Assembly (NCBI GenBank): GCA_019056785.1
Contig: DXJV01000001.1
Coordinates: 10,600 to 74,599 of the forward strand
Direction: 5' to 3'
Source: Candidatus Heimdallarchaeota archaeon
Lineage (GTDB): Archaea > Asgardarchaeota > Heimdallarchaeia > JABLTI01
Length of the DNA: 64,000 nt
Below are positions 1-9,772 of the stretch, one piece after another. The notes below the pieces were generated by a model, which did no database searches, was not told the origin of the DNA, and saw only the letters and a list, made by a program, of their open reading frames with translations. Within the stretch, counting starts at the first letter, position 1, and each line of letters opens with the position of its first letter. Made by a program: the position numbers and the translations under genes.

Positions 1-16
1 TTGTTCTTTTCTATTA

Positions 17-730
17 TTACTTTTGAACAAAGTCTCGATAGGCTTTGAAAACGAAATTAAACCCACCGGTTTCCTCGCCTTCATTTATTGTTATTGTTTG
101 TGGTGCTTCTCTGAATTCTCGGTCAATCAAATCCGATTTTAGGGCCCCGAAGAATTTTTCTTTCGGTCGAGCATTCTTTCCGACCCAAGTATAGATCATC
201 ATTGCTTCTTCGCCCATTAGTGCAGCAACGATAAATACGTCATTCGAATCTAAAGAATCTCGAGAGAATTCTACATCTGTATATTCAATGTTCTCGCCCA
301 CTTGTTGAACACGGATCATTCTGAATTGCGGTTTGAAGCTGGTATCAATATGAATTAACATGGAGGGTGTGTCTCCTTCCACCACTTTGAAATCCGGACC
401 CAATTTTTCAAGTAATTCTGGGTCTTCTTCTCCTTCGAAGCAGGAGTCTACTTTTGGCAATCCTCGTCGTTCGAAGTCTAATTCTTGGGCTGTTTTTGCT
501 GCGATGAATTTCTCATCGACTTGGGAGCCACTACCAACCCAAATCCAAATTTGTTTTCCTGCGTCAATGACATAGGAATCTCCGCGATTGAATTTGGGCT
601 CTTTAACAGGCACTAATTCACCTTTTGCAACTTGATAAATCATTATGTCTTCTGGCAAAAAATCACCTAACTTTTTTTCGCTCATTTTTGGTGTTTTACG
701 TACGCTATTCATTCCTAAAAAATCTTTCAC
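17..730 (-). CDS. Two-domain gelsolin-family actin regulator (Asgard 2DGel-like)
   Basis: Two gelsolin repeats: FNRGDSYVIDAGKQIWIWVGSGS..EK and SLDSNDVFIV..IYTWVGKNA..EK..EGEE. The true start may be the ATG at 685 (MSEKK). Confidence 0.88.
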   Translation of the reverse strand: MKDFLGMNSVRKTPKMSEKKLGDFLPEDIMIYQVAKGELVPVKEPKFNRGDSYVIDAGKQIWIWVGSGSQVDEKFIAAKTAQELDFERRGLPKVDSCFEGEEDPELLEKLGPDFKVVEGDTPSMLIHIDTSFKPQFRMIRVQQVGENIEYTDVEFSRDSLDSNDVFIVAALMGEEAMMIYTWVGKNARPKEKFFGALKSDLIDREFREAPQTITINEGEETGGFNFVFKAYRDFVQK

Positions 731-830
731 TATGACCTTTGTTGAGCAAATTCCTTTTAAATTATCGATAATATATTCTAGCTATAAATTTTACAAAATT
801 TGATTACTAATAGTTATAGGTGGTAAAGTT

Positions 831-1412
831 TTGAATTATCGGAAATCTTGTAAGCTCTTTTTTGGTTTGGTAATAATTCTCTCAACAATGCTCTCTTCGA
901 CCTTTGTTCTTGCGAATCAACAGGTTACTCACTCGGCACAGCTTCTTATCGACGATGATCCTACAATCCGCAAAGTCCCTTTCTTGAAATCTGGCGTTTT
1001 AGGAGCATTAATGGATTATGACAGTTATCATCTGCAACTTAAGAAAGATGTAGAATATTTCTGCTGGGCGAACATAAAGATTACAGAAGGAACCTTCCTG
1101 ATTACCGCTGTTGGCGCTCCAGACTTTTTTTCAGCAAGTAACTCTTGGAATTCTTCAACTCCTAACCGTAAACATGTTGTAAAACTGACATTCTTTGCTT
1201 CCCACGATGGCGAATACACAATTTCGGTTTCAACTGTGGCTGCAAGTGAAGAGGGTAAATACACTCTTTATATAAATAAAGCAGGTTTTGCTGGCATTTG
1301 GTGGATGGTGCTTATTCCGATTGTGGTTTTGCTTTTAATTTTTAGTCTTATATACTTCTTAAGAGTGAGGAAAAGACGAAAAAAGAGGAGACCCCGAAAA
1401 CGGAAGCGTTAA
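831..1412 (+). CDS. Secreted/membrane-anchored protein (beta-sandwich, PPC-like) with C-terminal TM and poly-basic tail
   Basis: Signal peptide, DGEYTISV..GKYTLYI strands, TM helix, RKRRKKRRPRKRKR tail. Confidence 0.65.
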   Translation: MNYRKSCKLFFGLVIILSTMLSSTFVLANQQVTHSAQLLIDDDPTIRKVPFLKSGVLGALMDYDSYHLQLKKDVEYFCWANIKITEGTFLITAVGAPDFFSASNSWNSSTPNRKHVVKLTFFASHDGEYTISVSTVAASEEGKYTLYINKAGFAGIWWMVLIPIVVLLLIFSLIYFLRVRKRRKKRRPRKRKR

Positions 1413-1455
1413 ATCTACTTTTTTTCTTTTTTTATACATCAATTAATAAATATGC

Positions 1456-2478
1456 TTGTTTTTAAGGGTGCGTGAAATGATCGTCCAGATTACAACTCCA
1501 AGTCGATTGCATTTTGGACTTATCGATTTGAATGGTGAACTAGGCAGAATTAACGGTAGTCTTGGCGTGGCACTTGAAAATCCTTCCTGGTTGATTCACG
1601 CTGGAGAAAGTGTCAGTCCAAATGATACTATTCTTTCTGAAGAATTTAAGAAGCAATTTTCTTCTTTTAAAGCGCGCTTTGATCAGCAATTCAAAACGAA
1701 TTCTAAACAAATTAACTTTTCTTTTGTTAAAGATATTCCTGCTCATGTTGGTTTGGGTTCGAAAACACAATTCTTGTTAGGAATTGGCGCTCTTTTAGCA
1801 AAAATACACCATCTTGACCTTGAAGCTCGACCCCTAGCAAAACTGGCAGAAAGAGGGGGAACTAGTGGAATTGGCGTTGCTGCTTTTACTGCAGGGGGAT
1901 TTATTGTTGATGGTGGGCATTCTTTTGGCCCTGGAAAAACAACAACTACTTTTCAACCGTCGAGTACATCAAAAGCGCCACCGCCACCTGTGCTGTTTCA
2001 AACCCCTCTCCCAGCTTCTTGGCGATTCCTTATCATCACACCTAAGGGGTTCAAGGGTTTTTTTGGTTCTAAAGAACAACAGCTTTTTACCGAGTGCTGC
2101 CCTGTCCCGGCAAGAGAGGCAGAGCAGCTTTCACGTTTGATCTTGATGAAAATTTTACCGGCCTTGAAAGAAGCAGATATTCAAACTTTTGGTGCAGGCC
2201 TTACGGAACTTCAGACTAAGTTCAAACGTTTTGGCTTTGAAAAATACTCAGGGACGATTGTTGCTGAACTCCTTGAACTCGTGCGAAAGCAGGACTTTAT
2301 TTTTGGCTCTGGCATCAGTTCCTTTGGTCCCACAATTTTTGGCCTGACCAATGCTCTGAAAAAGGCATCTCAATTTCTGGAAGAACTTGCTCAAACTTTT
2401 TCTCCGAAACGATTCGAAATTCTAGAGGTAACAACTTGTAATACTACTGGTGCAAAGATTAATTTTCTCAAGGTCTAA
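1456..2478 (+). CDS. Beta-ribofuranosylaminobenzene 5'-phosphate synthase (GHMP family)
   Basis: TPSRLHFGLIDL, PAHVGLGSKTQ, RGGTSGIG, GGFIVDGGH and SSFGPT motifs. Likely start is the ATG of MIVQI. Confidence 0.9.
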   Translation: MFLRVREMIVQITTPSRLHFGLIDLNGELGRINGSLGVALENPSWLIHAGESVSPNDTILSEEFKKQFSSFKARFDQQFKTNSKQINFSFVKDIPAHVGLGSKTQFLLGIGALLAKIHHLDLEARPLAKLAERGGTSGIGVAAFTAGGFIVDGGHSFGPGKTTTTFQPSSTSKAPPPPVLFQTPLPASWRFLIITPKGFKGFFGSKEQQLFTECCPVPAREAEQLSRLILMKILPALKEADIQTFGAGLTELQTKFKRFGFEKYSGTIVAELLELVRKQDFIFGSGISSFGPTIFGLTNALKKASQFLEELAQTFSPKRFEILEVTTCNTTGAKINFLKV

Positions 2479-2525
2479 ATTCCATAGAAAAAAAGAAAAA
2501 AAGAACGAGAGATCTGTTCTCTTTT

Positions 2526-2975
2526 TTATGTAATTCCTAATTTTGTTTTTGCCATTTTGTAGACTTCGCCACCGATCTTTGTTGCAATTTGTTCATAGAA
2601 ATACTGATAGCCAAAAACAACTGCTCCGAGTTCGGATTTAAATGAAACAATGTCAGTTTCAACTGGCAAGTCATTTTCAGAATAAATATTTCCTTTTGGA
2701 TCAATTGAGTAGGTCACTTCATTTAGATTGAAATTCGCTAACAAGAGGTTTGCATGAATGGCAGGAACTAATTCTTTTGGAATTTCATTTTCGGCCATTA
2801 TCAAGCAGAATAATTGCATCCAATCTGGTGCAATAACAATCCGTACATTGAATGTTCTTTGATCGATTTTGTACGGGAGCATTATTTCGGTTCCTTCTTG
2901 GGAAACATAATAATTTAGGTCAAGCTCATCGAGCCAACCTTTTACTTTCTCAAGGGTTTCATTTACGTCTGCCAT
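2526..2975 (-). CDS. YbjN-like (T3SS chaperone fold) protein
   Basis: About 150 aa with LLLANF..YSIDPKGNI pattern typical of YbjN. Confidence 0.65.
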   Translation of the reverse strand: MADVNETLEKVKGWLDELDLNYYVSQEGTEIMLPYKIDQRTFNVRIVIAPDWMQLFCLIMAENEIPKELVPAIHANLLLANFNLNEVTYSIDPKGNIYSENDLPVETDIVSFKSELGAVVFGYQYFYEQIATKIGGEVYKMAKTKLGIT

Positions 2976-3188
2976 GATTGTTAGACTCCATATTTCTTAA
3001 GCTTCGAATGATTTCTTAACAAAAAAACTTTTCCAAATATGCTAAGTAGTGGGCTTATTTTTGTCGATAAGAGCAAATTATTTAAGGATAAAAGAGAAAT
3101 GGAAACAATAATGCTCATGTTAGAAAATTTATAAATGGTGAGTTGATAGAGAAAGAGAAGATTACTGTTTGGGAGTACAACAACACCA

Positions 3189-3356
3189 ATGAATGAAGGT
3201 TCGATTAAAGTAAGCGAAAAATGCCCTCTTTGTGGGAGTAAAACTGTGAAAATAGTTTATCATACAGAGGGTGGGGTGGTGCTTCTCTCTGAGTACAATT
3301 GTCCGACTTGTGGGACCTATACTCGCATGAATTTTCTCGTGTCTGACGAAAAATGA
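3189..3356 (+). CDS. Small zinc-ribbon protein (ZPR1-finger-like), 55 aa, not in ORF track
   Basis: Translated by hand: MNEGSIKVSEKCPLCGSKTVKIVYHTEGGVVLLSEYNCPTCGTYTRMNFLVSDEK. Two CPxCG knuckles; GGAG upstream. Confidence 0.75.
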   Translation: MNEGSIKVSEKCPLCGSKTVKIVYHTEGGVVLLSEYNCPTCGTYTRMNFLVSDEK

Positions 3357-3372
3357 ACAACATTGCTTTTAG

Positions 3373-4395
3373 TTAACTAATGATTAACCAAATTCCTGTT
3401 GTTGTTAGTAATGTTCCTAGTATAAGTCGAAAAGAAACGCGTTCCTTGAGAAAGAGTATGGAAAGTGGCGTGGCAATAAGTGGTGCTGCTGCGGAAATAG
3501 CAGCAGTTGTGGATGCTTCTGTAAAGCTTAATGCAAAAACATACAAAAGGCTTCCAATAGTATTGCCAATTATGCCGGCGATTAATACGAGTAAGATACT
3601 CTTCCAATTAAATTTTGTTTTTAATTTACCTCGATTTCCGGCGAGAAAAATAAGTACGGATGCCGGGGCAATGAGTGCAATTCGATAAGCATTCGCTGAA
3701 ATTCCTGACACGTTGTTCTTCAATCCTTGGTCCATCATAATTGTTCCGATTGCCCAACAAAAAGCTGTTGTCGTTGCGAGGAGAATTCCCAAGATGATCT
3801 TTTGTTTTGCTTTTTTCTTTTCAAGTGCAATTTCACTTATTTTTTTAGCAATAATTTCCTCCTCTTCTTTGGTGCGTTCTTTTCTTGTAGTAATCTCTAC
3901 AGTTGGAGCTGACTGGCGAATTGTCAAAATGGATTGATCTTCCGTCGATGTTGAAACTAGATAAACTCCAAGAACAACCAATAAGACACCTTGAATTTTG
4001 AAAAAGTCATAAGTCTCAAAATGAAAGGCAATCCCTAATAAATATGTCACGAGAGGATAGCTAACAGCAATAGGATAAGCTTTAGACAAACCAATAAGCT
4101 GCTGACTAAAATAAAAAATGACATCACCTATAACTACACCCAAGAGCGAACCACCAACAAGCAAAAGACCCGTTTTTGCATTGTAGCTAAAAGTTTCTTT
4201 TAATGTTCCTAAGGAAAGAACGAGTATGAGATAAAAAACAGCCGAGAAAGAAAGGCGAATGGCATTAATAGCTATAGGGTTTATTTTTTTTCCTTGAGAT
4301 TTGATGATTACATTTCCTACACCGAAACAAATTGCTCCGGCAATTGCAGCGAGTTCGCCATAATAGTTACTAAGCGTCATTGTTTGTAGTCTCAA
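3373..4395 (-). CDS. DMT/EamA family transporter
   Basis: Two 5-TM EamA repeats with a charged linker; LFLKERVS motif. Confidence 0.9.
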   Translation of the reverse strand: MRLQTMTLSNYYGELAAIAGAICFGVGNVIIKSQGKKINPIAINAIRLSFSAVFYLILVLSLGTLKETFSYNAKTGLLLVGGSLLGVVIGDVIFYFSQQLIGLSKAYPIAVSYPLVTYLLGIAFHFETYDFFKIQGVLLVVLGVYLVSTSTEDQSILTIRQSAPTVEITTRKERTKEEEEIIAKKISEIALEKKKAKQKIILGILLATTTAFCWAIGTIMMDQGLKNNVSGISANAYRIALIAPASVLIFLAGNRGKLKTKFNWKSILLVLIAGIIGNTIGSLLYVFALSFTEASTTAAISAAAPLIATPLSILFLKERVSFRLILGTLLTTTGIWLIIS

Positions 4396-4406
4396 AACTT
4401 GCTAGT

Positions 4407-4910
4407 TCATTTTTTATCGGCATATAAGATGGTAATTTTTTTCATTAGTTCCTCATATGTTTCTTCTAGTGCTTGAGAGAGAACTCGCGTGTTCGCAACT
4501 ACAGGCATAAAGTTTGTGTCCCCGCCCCAACGTGGGACAATATGGACATGAACATGAGTCCGTAAGCCTGCACCGGCAACTTTCCCTAGATTTATGCCAA
4601 CATTAAACCCTTGAGGGTGTATTGTTACTTTTAAAAGTTCGATTGCTTTTGTAGTAAGGTTCCAAATCTCCCTTCCTTCTTCTTCTGAGAGATCGGCAAG
4701 ATTTGGGCAGTGTTTTAGTGGAGCGATCATTAAATGCCCGGTGATATAAGGATATTTATTCAAAAGAACAATGGCTTTTTTCCCACGATAGAGCAAAAGA
4801 TTTTTTTTGTCCTCGGATTCGGGTGCTTTTATCATATCACAAATGAAGCATCCTTGATCTTTTGGTTGTTTGATATATTCTATTCGCCATGGTGCCCAAA
4901 TTTTTTCCAT
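4407..4910 (-). CDS. HIT family hydrolase (Ap4A phosphorylase type)
   Basis: WAPWR..YI, CFIC, LNKYPY..GH and HVHVHIVPRWGGD. Confidence 0.93.
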   Translation of the reverse strand: MEKIWAPWRIEYIKQPKDQGCFICDMIKAPESEDKKNLLLYRGKKAIVLLNKYPYITGHLMIAPLKHCPNLADLSEEEGREIWNLTTKAIELLKVTIHPQGFNVGINLGKVAGAGLRTHVHVHIVPRWGGDTNFMPVVANTRVLSQALEETYEELMKKITILYADKK

Positions 4911-4988
4911 CAGATATCACTTTTATTTTGCGGTTATTTTTTAGTACTTTCTTTTCCTTATAATCGTTTTCAAAGAGTAAAAGTTTGT

Positions 4989-5261
4989 TTAATCTAGAGG
5001 TTCGAGAGGAATGGCTTTCATGAGGATGAGATAAACAATAGCCATCAATCCACCAGTTATGATCGTAAGGAAGATATAGAGTAGTCGTATCAGAGTTGAA
5101 TCCATGTTCCAGAGATTTGCCAGGCCACCACAAACACCGGCAAAGAAATAATCATCCTGTGATCGGTAGAAAATGCGTTTTTTCTGTGCTGTCCTCTCTT
5201 TTTCTAGTTCAAAGGGGAGCAGTAGTGTTTCGTTAGCAGCTTTTTCTTGCATCATTATCAC
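4989..5261 (-). CDS. PspC domain membrane protein
   Basis: YRS..D..FAGVCGGLA..D.TLIRL..YL..IP signature. Confidence 0.88.
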   Translation of the reverse strand: MIMMQEKAANETLLLPFELEKERTAQKKRIFYRSQDDYFFAGVCGGLANLWNMDSTLIRLLYIFLTIITGGLMAIVYLILMKAIPLEPLD

Positions 5262-5290
5262 TTCTAAATAATCATCGGTAAAATGATAAA

Positions 5291-6004
5291 TTATTGTGAG
5301 TTGTTTCGTTGTAATTTATAATAGTCTTTTAATGCTTCAGGAAAATCCTCGAGTCTTTCAAGATAGGTTAAAATAATTTGCGGAAAGAATGATGCTTCTA
5401 CAAACCGTATACCCATACGTTCTGCCCACGCTTTAATGCCCGAATCGGCTGAAACAACGCCAGCGTTCAATTCTTTTGCGAGAATTAAAGTATCAATGTC
5501 TGGCAAGGAGTCTAGCACACCTCTCCGCATCTTTTGCCGGTATTTTTCCTCAAAATTCCTTGTCAGCGAATGTTCTATATCCTTAATATTTTTGCTATGG
5601 TTGTCTTCAAAGATATTTTTCTCACAGTACTTAAGTGCTTCTTTAATAGCCTTTCTAACGATGCTCATTCCTTGATCAAGTCGCTTCCGGACATCACTAA
5701 CATATTCATAAATCACATGTGAGGATAACATTACGGAATATCTATCCGGGGTTTTCCGGACAACCCATGCTTCTACTTGGTCGACATCGCGTAGAGAGCA
5801 TTTGTTTTCCAGCAAAAATTCCTTAAGCTCTTTAAAAGTGGAAGGTGGCATATAACAAGAAATGTTTAATCGTAAGCGACCGATGCTAATCAATTCAGTT
5901 AAACGAATGACAACATCGCTAATTGTCCCACCAAATTGTTCTAAGAGTTTTGAATCTGTAAAAGCAGTCGTGTCGAGAACGAATCTTTGCCTGGGAAAAG
6001 ACAT
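5291..6004 (-). CDS. RNA-free RNase P (HARP / Aq_880 family, PIN-like)
   Basis: RFVLDTTAF, YMPPS..E, K.PDRY and R.GVLDS.PD.D.L.LAKEL.A.VVSAD.GI..WA..G motifs. Confidence 0.88.
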   Translation of the reverse strand: MSFPRQRFVLDTTAFTDSKLLEQFGGTISDVVIRLTELISIGRLRLNISCYMPPSTFKELKEFLLENKCSLRDVDQVEAWVVRKTPDRYSVMLSSHVIYEYVSDVRKRLDQGMSIVRKAIKEALKYCEKNIFEDNHSKNIKDIEHSLTRNFEEKYRQKMRRGVLDSLPDIDTLILAKELNAGVVSADSGIKAWAERMGIRFVEASFFPQIILTYLERLEDFPEALKDYYKLQRNNSQ

Positions 6005-6156
6005 TTACTTTACTCCTTACTCGAGAGATTTTCGTGCTGTGTTAAGTATTTTACCATAATTAAAATGATTTGTGGTAAAAGCTATTTAAGTTTGAATGGT
6101 ACAATTAATGCTGTAAATTAGCAAATACTACTAAAAGCAAAGGTTTGTGAATTTTT

Positions 6157-7701
6157 ATGTCATATTTATTGAGATCTTCGACACTTCCGCCAGCAAAAAT
6201 TGGGATACTTTCTTTTACTGACCCTCGAAAAGATGTTAAATTAGTAGAGGAGCGAGAGCAATTCATTCAGAAGCAGCATTCGCTCCTTGTCTCGGCACTT
6301 CAACAACAAGGTTTTGTTGTCGTTGATCCATTGCAAACTCGAGGAAAGAAAGAAGGCATCTGGGCAATTAGTACCCAAAAAGAAGCTCTTGCACTTCTCT
6401 CTCAATTGCAATCAGAAGAAATTTTTGCGTTGATTGTTGGTTGCTTTACGTGGAATGAACCCAATGTCCCTCTTTCTCTAGCAGAGAAATTACAAACACC
6501 TGTTGCTCTGGTTACCTCAACAAATAAGGATTGGCCCGGCATAACCGCTCTCGCATCAACTGGCGCCTCGTTTTGGGAAAATGCGAAAAATGTGTTTATT
6601 AAAAAACACGCTCGCTTTCTGTTTACTCGAGAAGCAGACATTGAAAAGATGACACCATGGTTAAAGGCAATGAGAGCCTTACAACATGTCAGAACCGGTA
6701 AATTGTTGCTCTGGGGATCCGGCCCTGCTTTGCACATGGAGCACTTAACAGATGATATTTCAACTTTACAACGCCTTAATCTTATTGAAGAAGTTTTCAC
6801 AGAAGGGCAATACCAACTGATTCAAAAAACAGAAGAGCTTCTTCTTCGGGCGCCGGAAAGGATCTCTGCTTTTAAAAATTGGCTCGAGACAAATCAAGTA
6901 AAGATTCTCTATGATGATAAAATGCTCTCAGAACAGACTTTGCAAAAGCAAATTGCTCTGTATTTGGTGGCGAAAGATATTATTAAAACTTATATTCAAA
7001 ATGGCGAACGAATTATTGGCGTTTCAATAAAATGTCAACCTGAACTAAGCGTACAGTATGGCATCACCCCTTGTTTCTTGCCGGCTTTTCTTCCTTTCAA
7101 TAGTGATAGTGAGGAACCCGAGAAAGAGATAATCCCAACTGTTTGTGAAGGAGATATTAAAGGTCTCATAACCTCTGCTCTTCTTTATGGTTTAAACCCG
7201 CAATATCCTCCGCTTTTTGGTGACGTTCGATTTTTTGAAGAAAATTATTTTGTCCTTGGTAATTGCGGAGCGGCAAGTATTTTTTATGCTACTCTAAAAG
7301 AAAATCCTTTGGAAAACCTCAAGCAAATCTCTCTTGAGCCACAATGCCAAGGTGTTGCAGGAGCGGCGATCAAATATCATACTCCCCCAACCACGGATGG
7401 AGTAGTGACTTTTGCAAGGCTAATCCGCATTGCAGGGAAGCACTATTTCCAAGTTGGCACAGGAAAAATTGTTCCAGGAAAGGAACCAAAAGTAGGAACA
7501 TGGGGCGCAACTTGGCCCTATACCGCAATTGAGGTACCGGTAGAACAAGACCTTTTCATAAAGGCGCTTGGCACTAATCATTTGTCAGTTACGCCGGGAA
7601 ACTTTTCAAAAGAATTTGCGATTCTCAGTCAAATGCTCGAAATTCCAGTAATAAATCTAAATGATTCAAAAGCTCTCGAAAGATTTTTGGCAGAAATATA
7701 A
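6157..7701 (+). CDS. L-fucose/L-arabinose isomerase family protein
   Basis: IKCQPEL, CEGD, FGD, NCG, VTFARL and NH motifs. Confidence 0.8.
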   Translation: MSYLLRSSTLPPAKIGILSFTDPRKDVKLVEEREQFIQKQHSLLVSALQQQGFVVVDPLQTRGKKEGIWAISTQKEALALLSQLQSEEIFALIVGCFTWNEPNVPLSLAEKLQTPVALVTSTNKDWPGITALASTGASFWENAKNVFIKKHARFLFTREADIEKMTPWLKAMRALQHVRTGKLLLWGSGPALHMEHLTDDISTLQRLNLIEEVFTEGQYQLIQKTEELLLRAPERISAFKNWLETNQVKILYDDKMLSEQTLQKQIALYLVAKDIIKTYIQNGERIIGVSIKCQPELSVQYGITPCFLPAFLPFNSDSEEPEKEIIPTVCEGDIKGLITSALLYGLNPQYPPLFGDVRFFEENYFVLGNCGAASIFYATLKENPLENLKQISLEPQCQGVAGAAIKYHTPPTTDGVVTFARLIRIAGKHYFQVGTGKIVPGKEPKVGTWGATWPYTAIEVPVEQDLFIKALGTNHLSVTPGNFSKEFAILSQMLEIPVINLNDSKALERFLAEI

Positions 7702-7703
7702 AA

Positions 7704-7740
7704 ACAAAGAAAGAAAAGAAAAGAAAAGAAAAGGGAAGAA
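7704..7740 (-). terminator. Purine/pyrimidine tract with (GAAAA)n; U-rich terminator for the minus-strand RHH gene
   Basis: aaagaaagaaaagaaaagaaaagaaaagggaagaa lies between convergent genes and reads as oligo-U tracts on the minus strand. Confidence 0.4.
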
Positions 7741-7762
7741 TAAGATTGAAATCAAAAAAGCA

Positions 7763-7909
7763 TTAACGCTGATCCCAGAGTTCTTCTCGTAAGAGATCGC
7801 GAATTGCTATTCTAATGATTTCGCTTCTATTTGCGTACCGTTTTTGTCGTACGAGTTCATCTAGCCCTTCTAAAAATCCATCAGGAACGTGCACTGTTAA
7901 TAGTCTCAT
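7763..7909 (-). CDS. Ribbon-helix-helix (CopG/CdrS-like) regulator, 48 aa, not in ORF track
   Basis: MRLLTVHVPDGFLEGLDELVRQKRYANRSEIIRIAIRDLLREELWDQR, with GAGGTGA SD upstream. Confidence 0.9.
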   Translation of the reverse strand: MRLLTVHVPDGFLEGLDELVRQKRYANRSEIIRIAIRDLLREELWDQR

Positions 7910-8137
7910 CAAACTTGTTCACCTCAGCTGACAGTTCTGAACTGTCATCTTTCGACACACTACATCCTCGGCTTATTTGTGGTGTCGAAATTTCATATAT
8001 CGGTAGATATTCTTCTGCAAATACGTTATTTAAATAGGGTTAATATAAGGTTAGTACTCCAGTATTACCTGAGGATATACAGAAGTATTACTCTTCTAGT
8101 ATTTTTCTCTATCTCATAGGGAAAGAGAATTTAAAAA

Positions 8138-8863
8138 TTATTCTAATTTTTTTAATTGAAAGAGCATTTCTTCTTTAAAAGCAATCCAATCGTCAAGCAG
8201 GTCACGATTCTCTTCCGCGAAATCGAGGAAGATAAAGTCCCCGGCGATCTGTTTAAGTCGCTCTTGTAATTGTTCATTGAATTCAATTATTGCATTTAAA
8301 ATCCTATTCCGATGTTCGATGGCTTCTTCTTTTATCCCTGATTCGTATATCCCGGCAATCCGTTTTACAGAATCACGGATGTTGCTTTTCGAATCATCTA
8401 AAAATTCCTTTAGTTCCTCTCGTCTTTCAATAAAGAGCTTTCTTTCTTCTTCCTTTAGCTCTGCTTGTTCTTCCTGTGTTGCTTTTGCTTGCCTTGTGAG
8501 GATGGTTCTCACGCGGTTGCTTTCCTCAAGTGCTTCTTCATTTTTTGGTTCTATCTCGAGAATATCTTCATAGACGAACAATGCCAGGTCGAATTTCTTT
8601 TGCATTTTCAATGCTCTGGCTTTATTTATCATCGCTCGTATTAGTTTTGGTTCAATACTCAACGCTTTATTAAAGCATTCAATTGCTTCTTCAATTTTTT
8701 TCAGTTTCCGTAATGCTACGCCTTTATTGTTCCAAGCCATTGAGTTAGTAGGGTCGATTTCGAGAATCTTCTCAAAGATTTGCAATGCTTCGTTATTTTT
8801 ATTTTGCCGTAAAGCAATTAACCCTGCTGAAAGCATTTTGTTTAACTTTTGCTCTTGAACCAT
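8138..8863 (-). CDS. TPR protein with C-terminal coiled coil
   Basis: Three TPRs (AWNNKG.AL..L...EEA..CF.KAL...P) followed by a helical tail. Confidence 0.85.
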   Translation of the reverse strand: MVQEQKLNKMLSAGLIALRQNKNNEALQIFEKILEIDPTNSMAWNNKGVALRKLKKIEEAIECFNKALSIEPKLIRAMINKARALKMQKKFDLALFVYEDILEIEPKNEEALEESNRVRTILTRQAKATQEEQAELKEEERKLFIERREELKEFLDDSKSNIRDSVKRIAGIYESGIKEEAIEHRNRILNAIIEFNEQLQERLKQIAGDFIFLDFAEENRDLLDDWIAFKEEMLFQLKKLE

Positions 8864-8947
8864 TTTCCACCCTCTTTTTCTCTGCTGTTTTGTCAGTTTT
8901 GAGAAATATACTAAAAAGATGGTATAAATTTTTGCAAAATTTTAAAA

Positions 8948-9772
8948 TTAGCCGCTTTGTGCCATTGCAATCCATTCTTTCTCAAGTGCTTTTTCAATTA
9001 TTTTTGCGATTTGCTCAAAAATTAGTGAGAGTTTGGATGATAGTCTTTCTTTCTGTTCCTCTGCATTGTTTGTCAATGCTCGCCCAGCTATGAAATAGCT
9101 TGTTGAACTGATACGTTTTATCATCCACGCTTCAAAATCTGTCATGATGTCGTCATTCAAGTCTAAAATGTTGTAATTCGAGGTTTTCCCTTCAGCCATC
9201 CAGCTCATCTCAAGAGGGATTTTCGATATGATATCCAGGAATTGTTTCATAATACTGGGGTTGATAGGTCGGCGCCAAACTTGAATGATGCCATGATTTA
9301 TACTCGAGAGAAACATTAAATCAAAATTCAGTCCGGAAGAAGCGATGATTTCTTCAATTTCGTTATTGATTGTTTTTAGGATGTTCACCGGGAAATATTC
9401 TGTTTCAATGAGGTTGGTGATTTCTTTTGTAATTGTCTTTCGCACCTGTTCTAATGCGAGGTTCATTGTTAAAAGTTCGTCATGATAGATGTCAATAATT
9501 TCTTTTAGTGCCAAGCGAGCAAATGGCTCATTATCAAATAGATCTTGAAAGACGGCATAAGTTAGGTGGTCGCGAGTGATTAAAGAAAACCGATTGTCAC
9601 CGAGGTCTGCTCCTTTGAACTCAATAGACTCCTCTCCTAAACATTTAGCAAAAGCGCTTAAAGCTGAAATGAAGCCTGTGAGTAGGTCGGTTTCTAAAGG
9701 AACAAGCCCATCATCATAGAGCACTTGCCCTACGGTTGTTCTTTGGTCGATGACAATTATTTTATGAATCAT
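8948..9772 (-). CDS. Longin-domain protein with a second profilin/roadblock-like domain
   Basis: N-terminal beta hairpin plus DLLTGFISALSAFA helix, the typical Asgard longin pattern. Confidence 0.7.
   Translation of the reverse strand: MIHKIIVIDQRTTVGQVLYDDGLVPLETDLLTGFISALSAFAKCLGEESIEFKGADLGDNRFSLITRDHLTYAVFQDLFDNEPFARLALKEIIDIYHDELLTMNLALEQVRKTITKEITNLIETEYFPVNILKTINNEIEEIIASSGLNFDLMFLSSINHGIIQVWRRPINPSIMKQFLDIISKIPLEMSWMAEGKTSNYNILDLNDDIMTDFEAWMIKRISSTSYFIAGRALTNNAEEQKERLSSKLSLIFEQIAKIIEKALEKEWIAMAQSG

Noticed and set aside
7831-8037. 68-aa + strand ORF
   Set aside because: It is antisense to the clear RHH gene and its upstream region.
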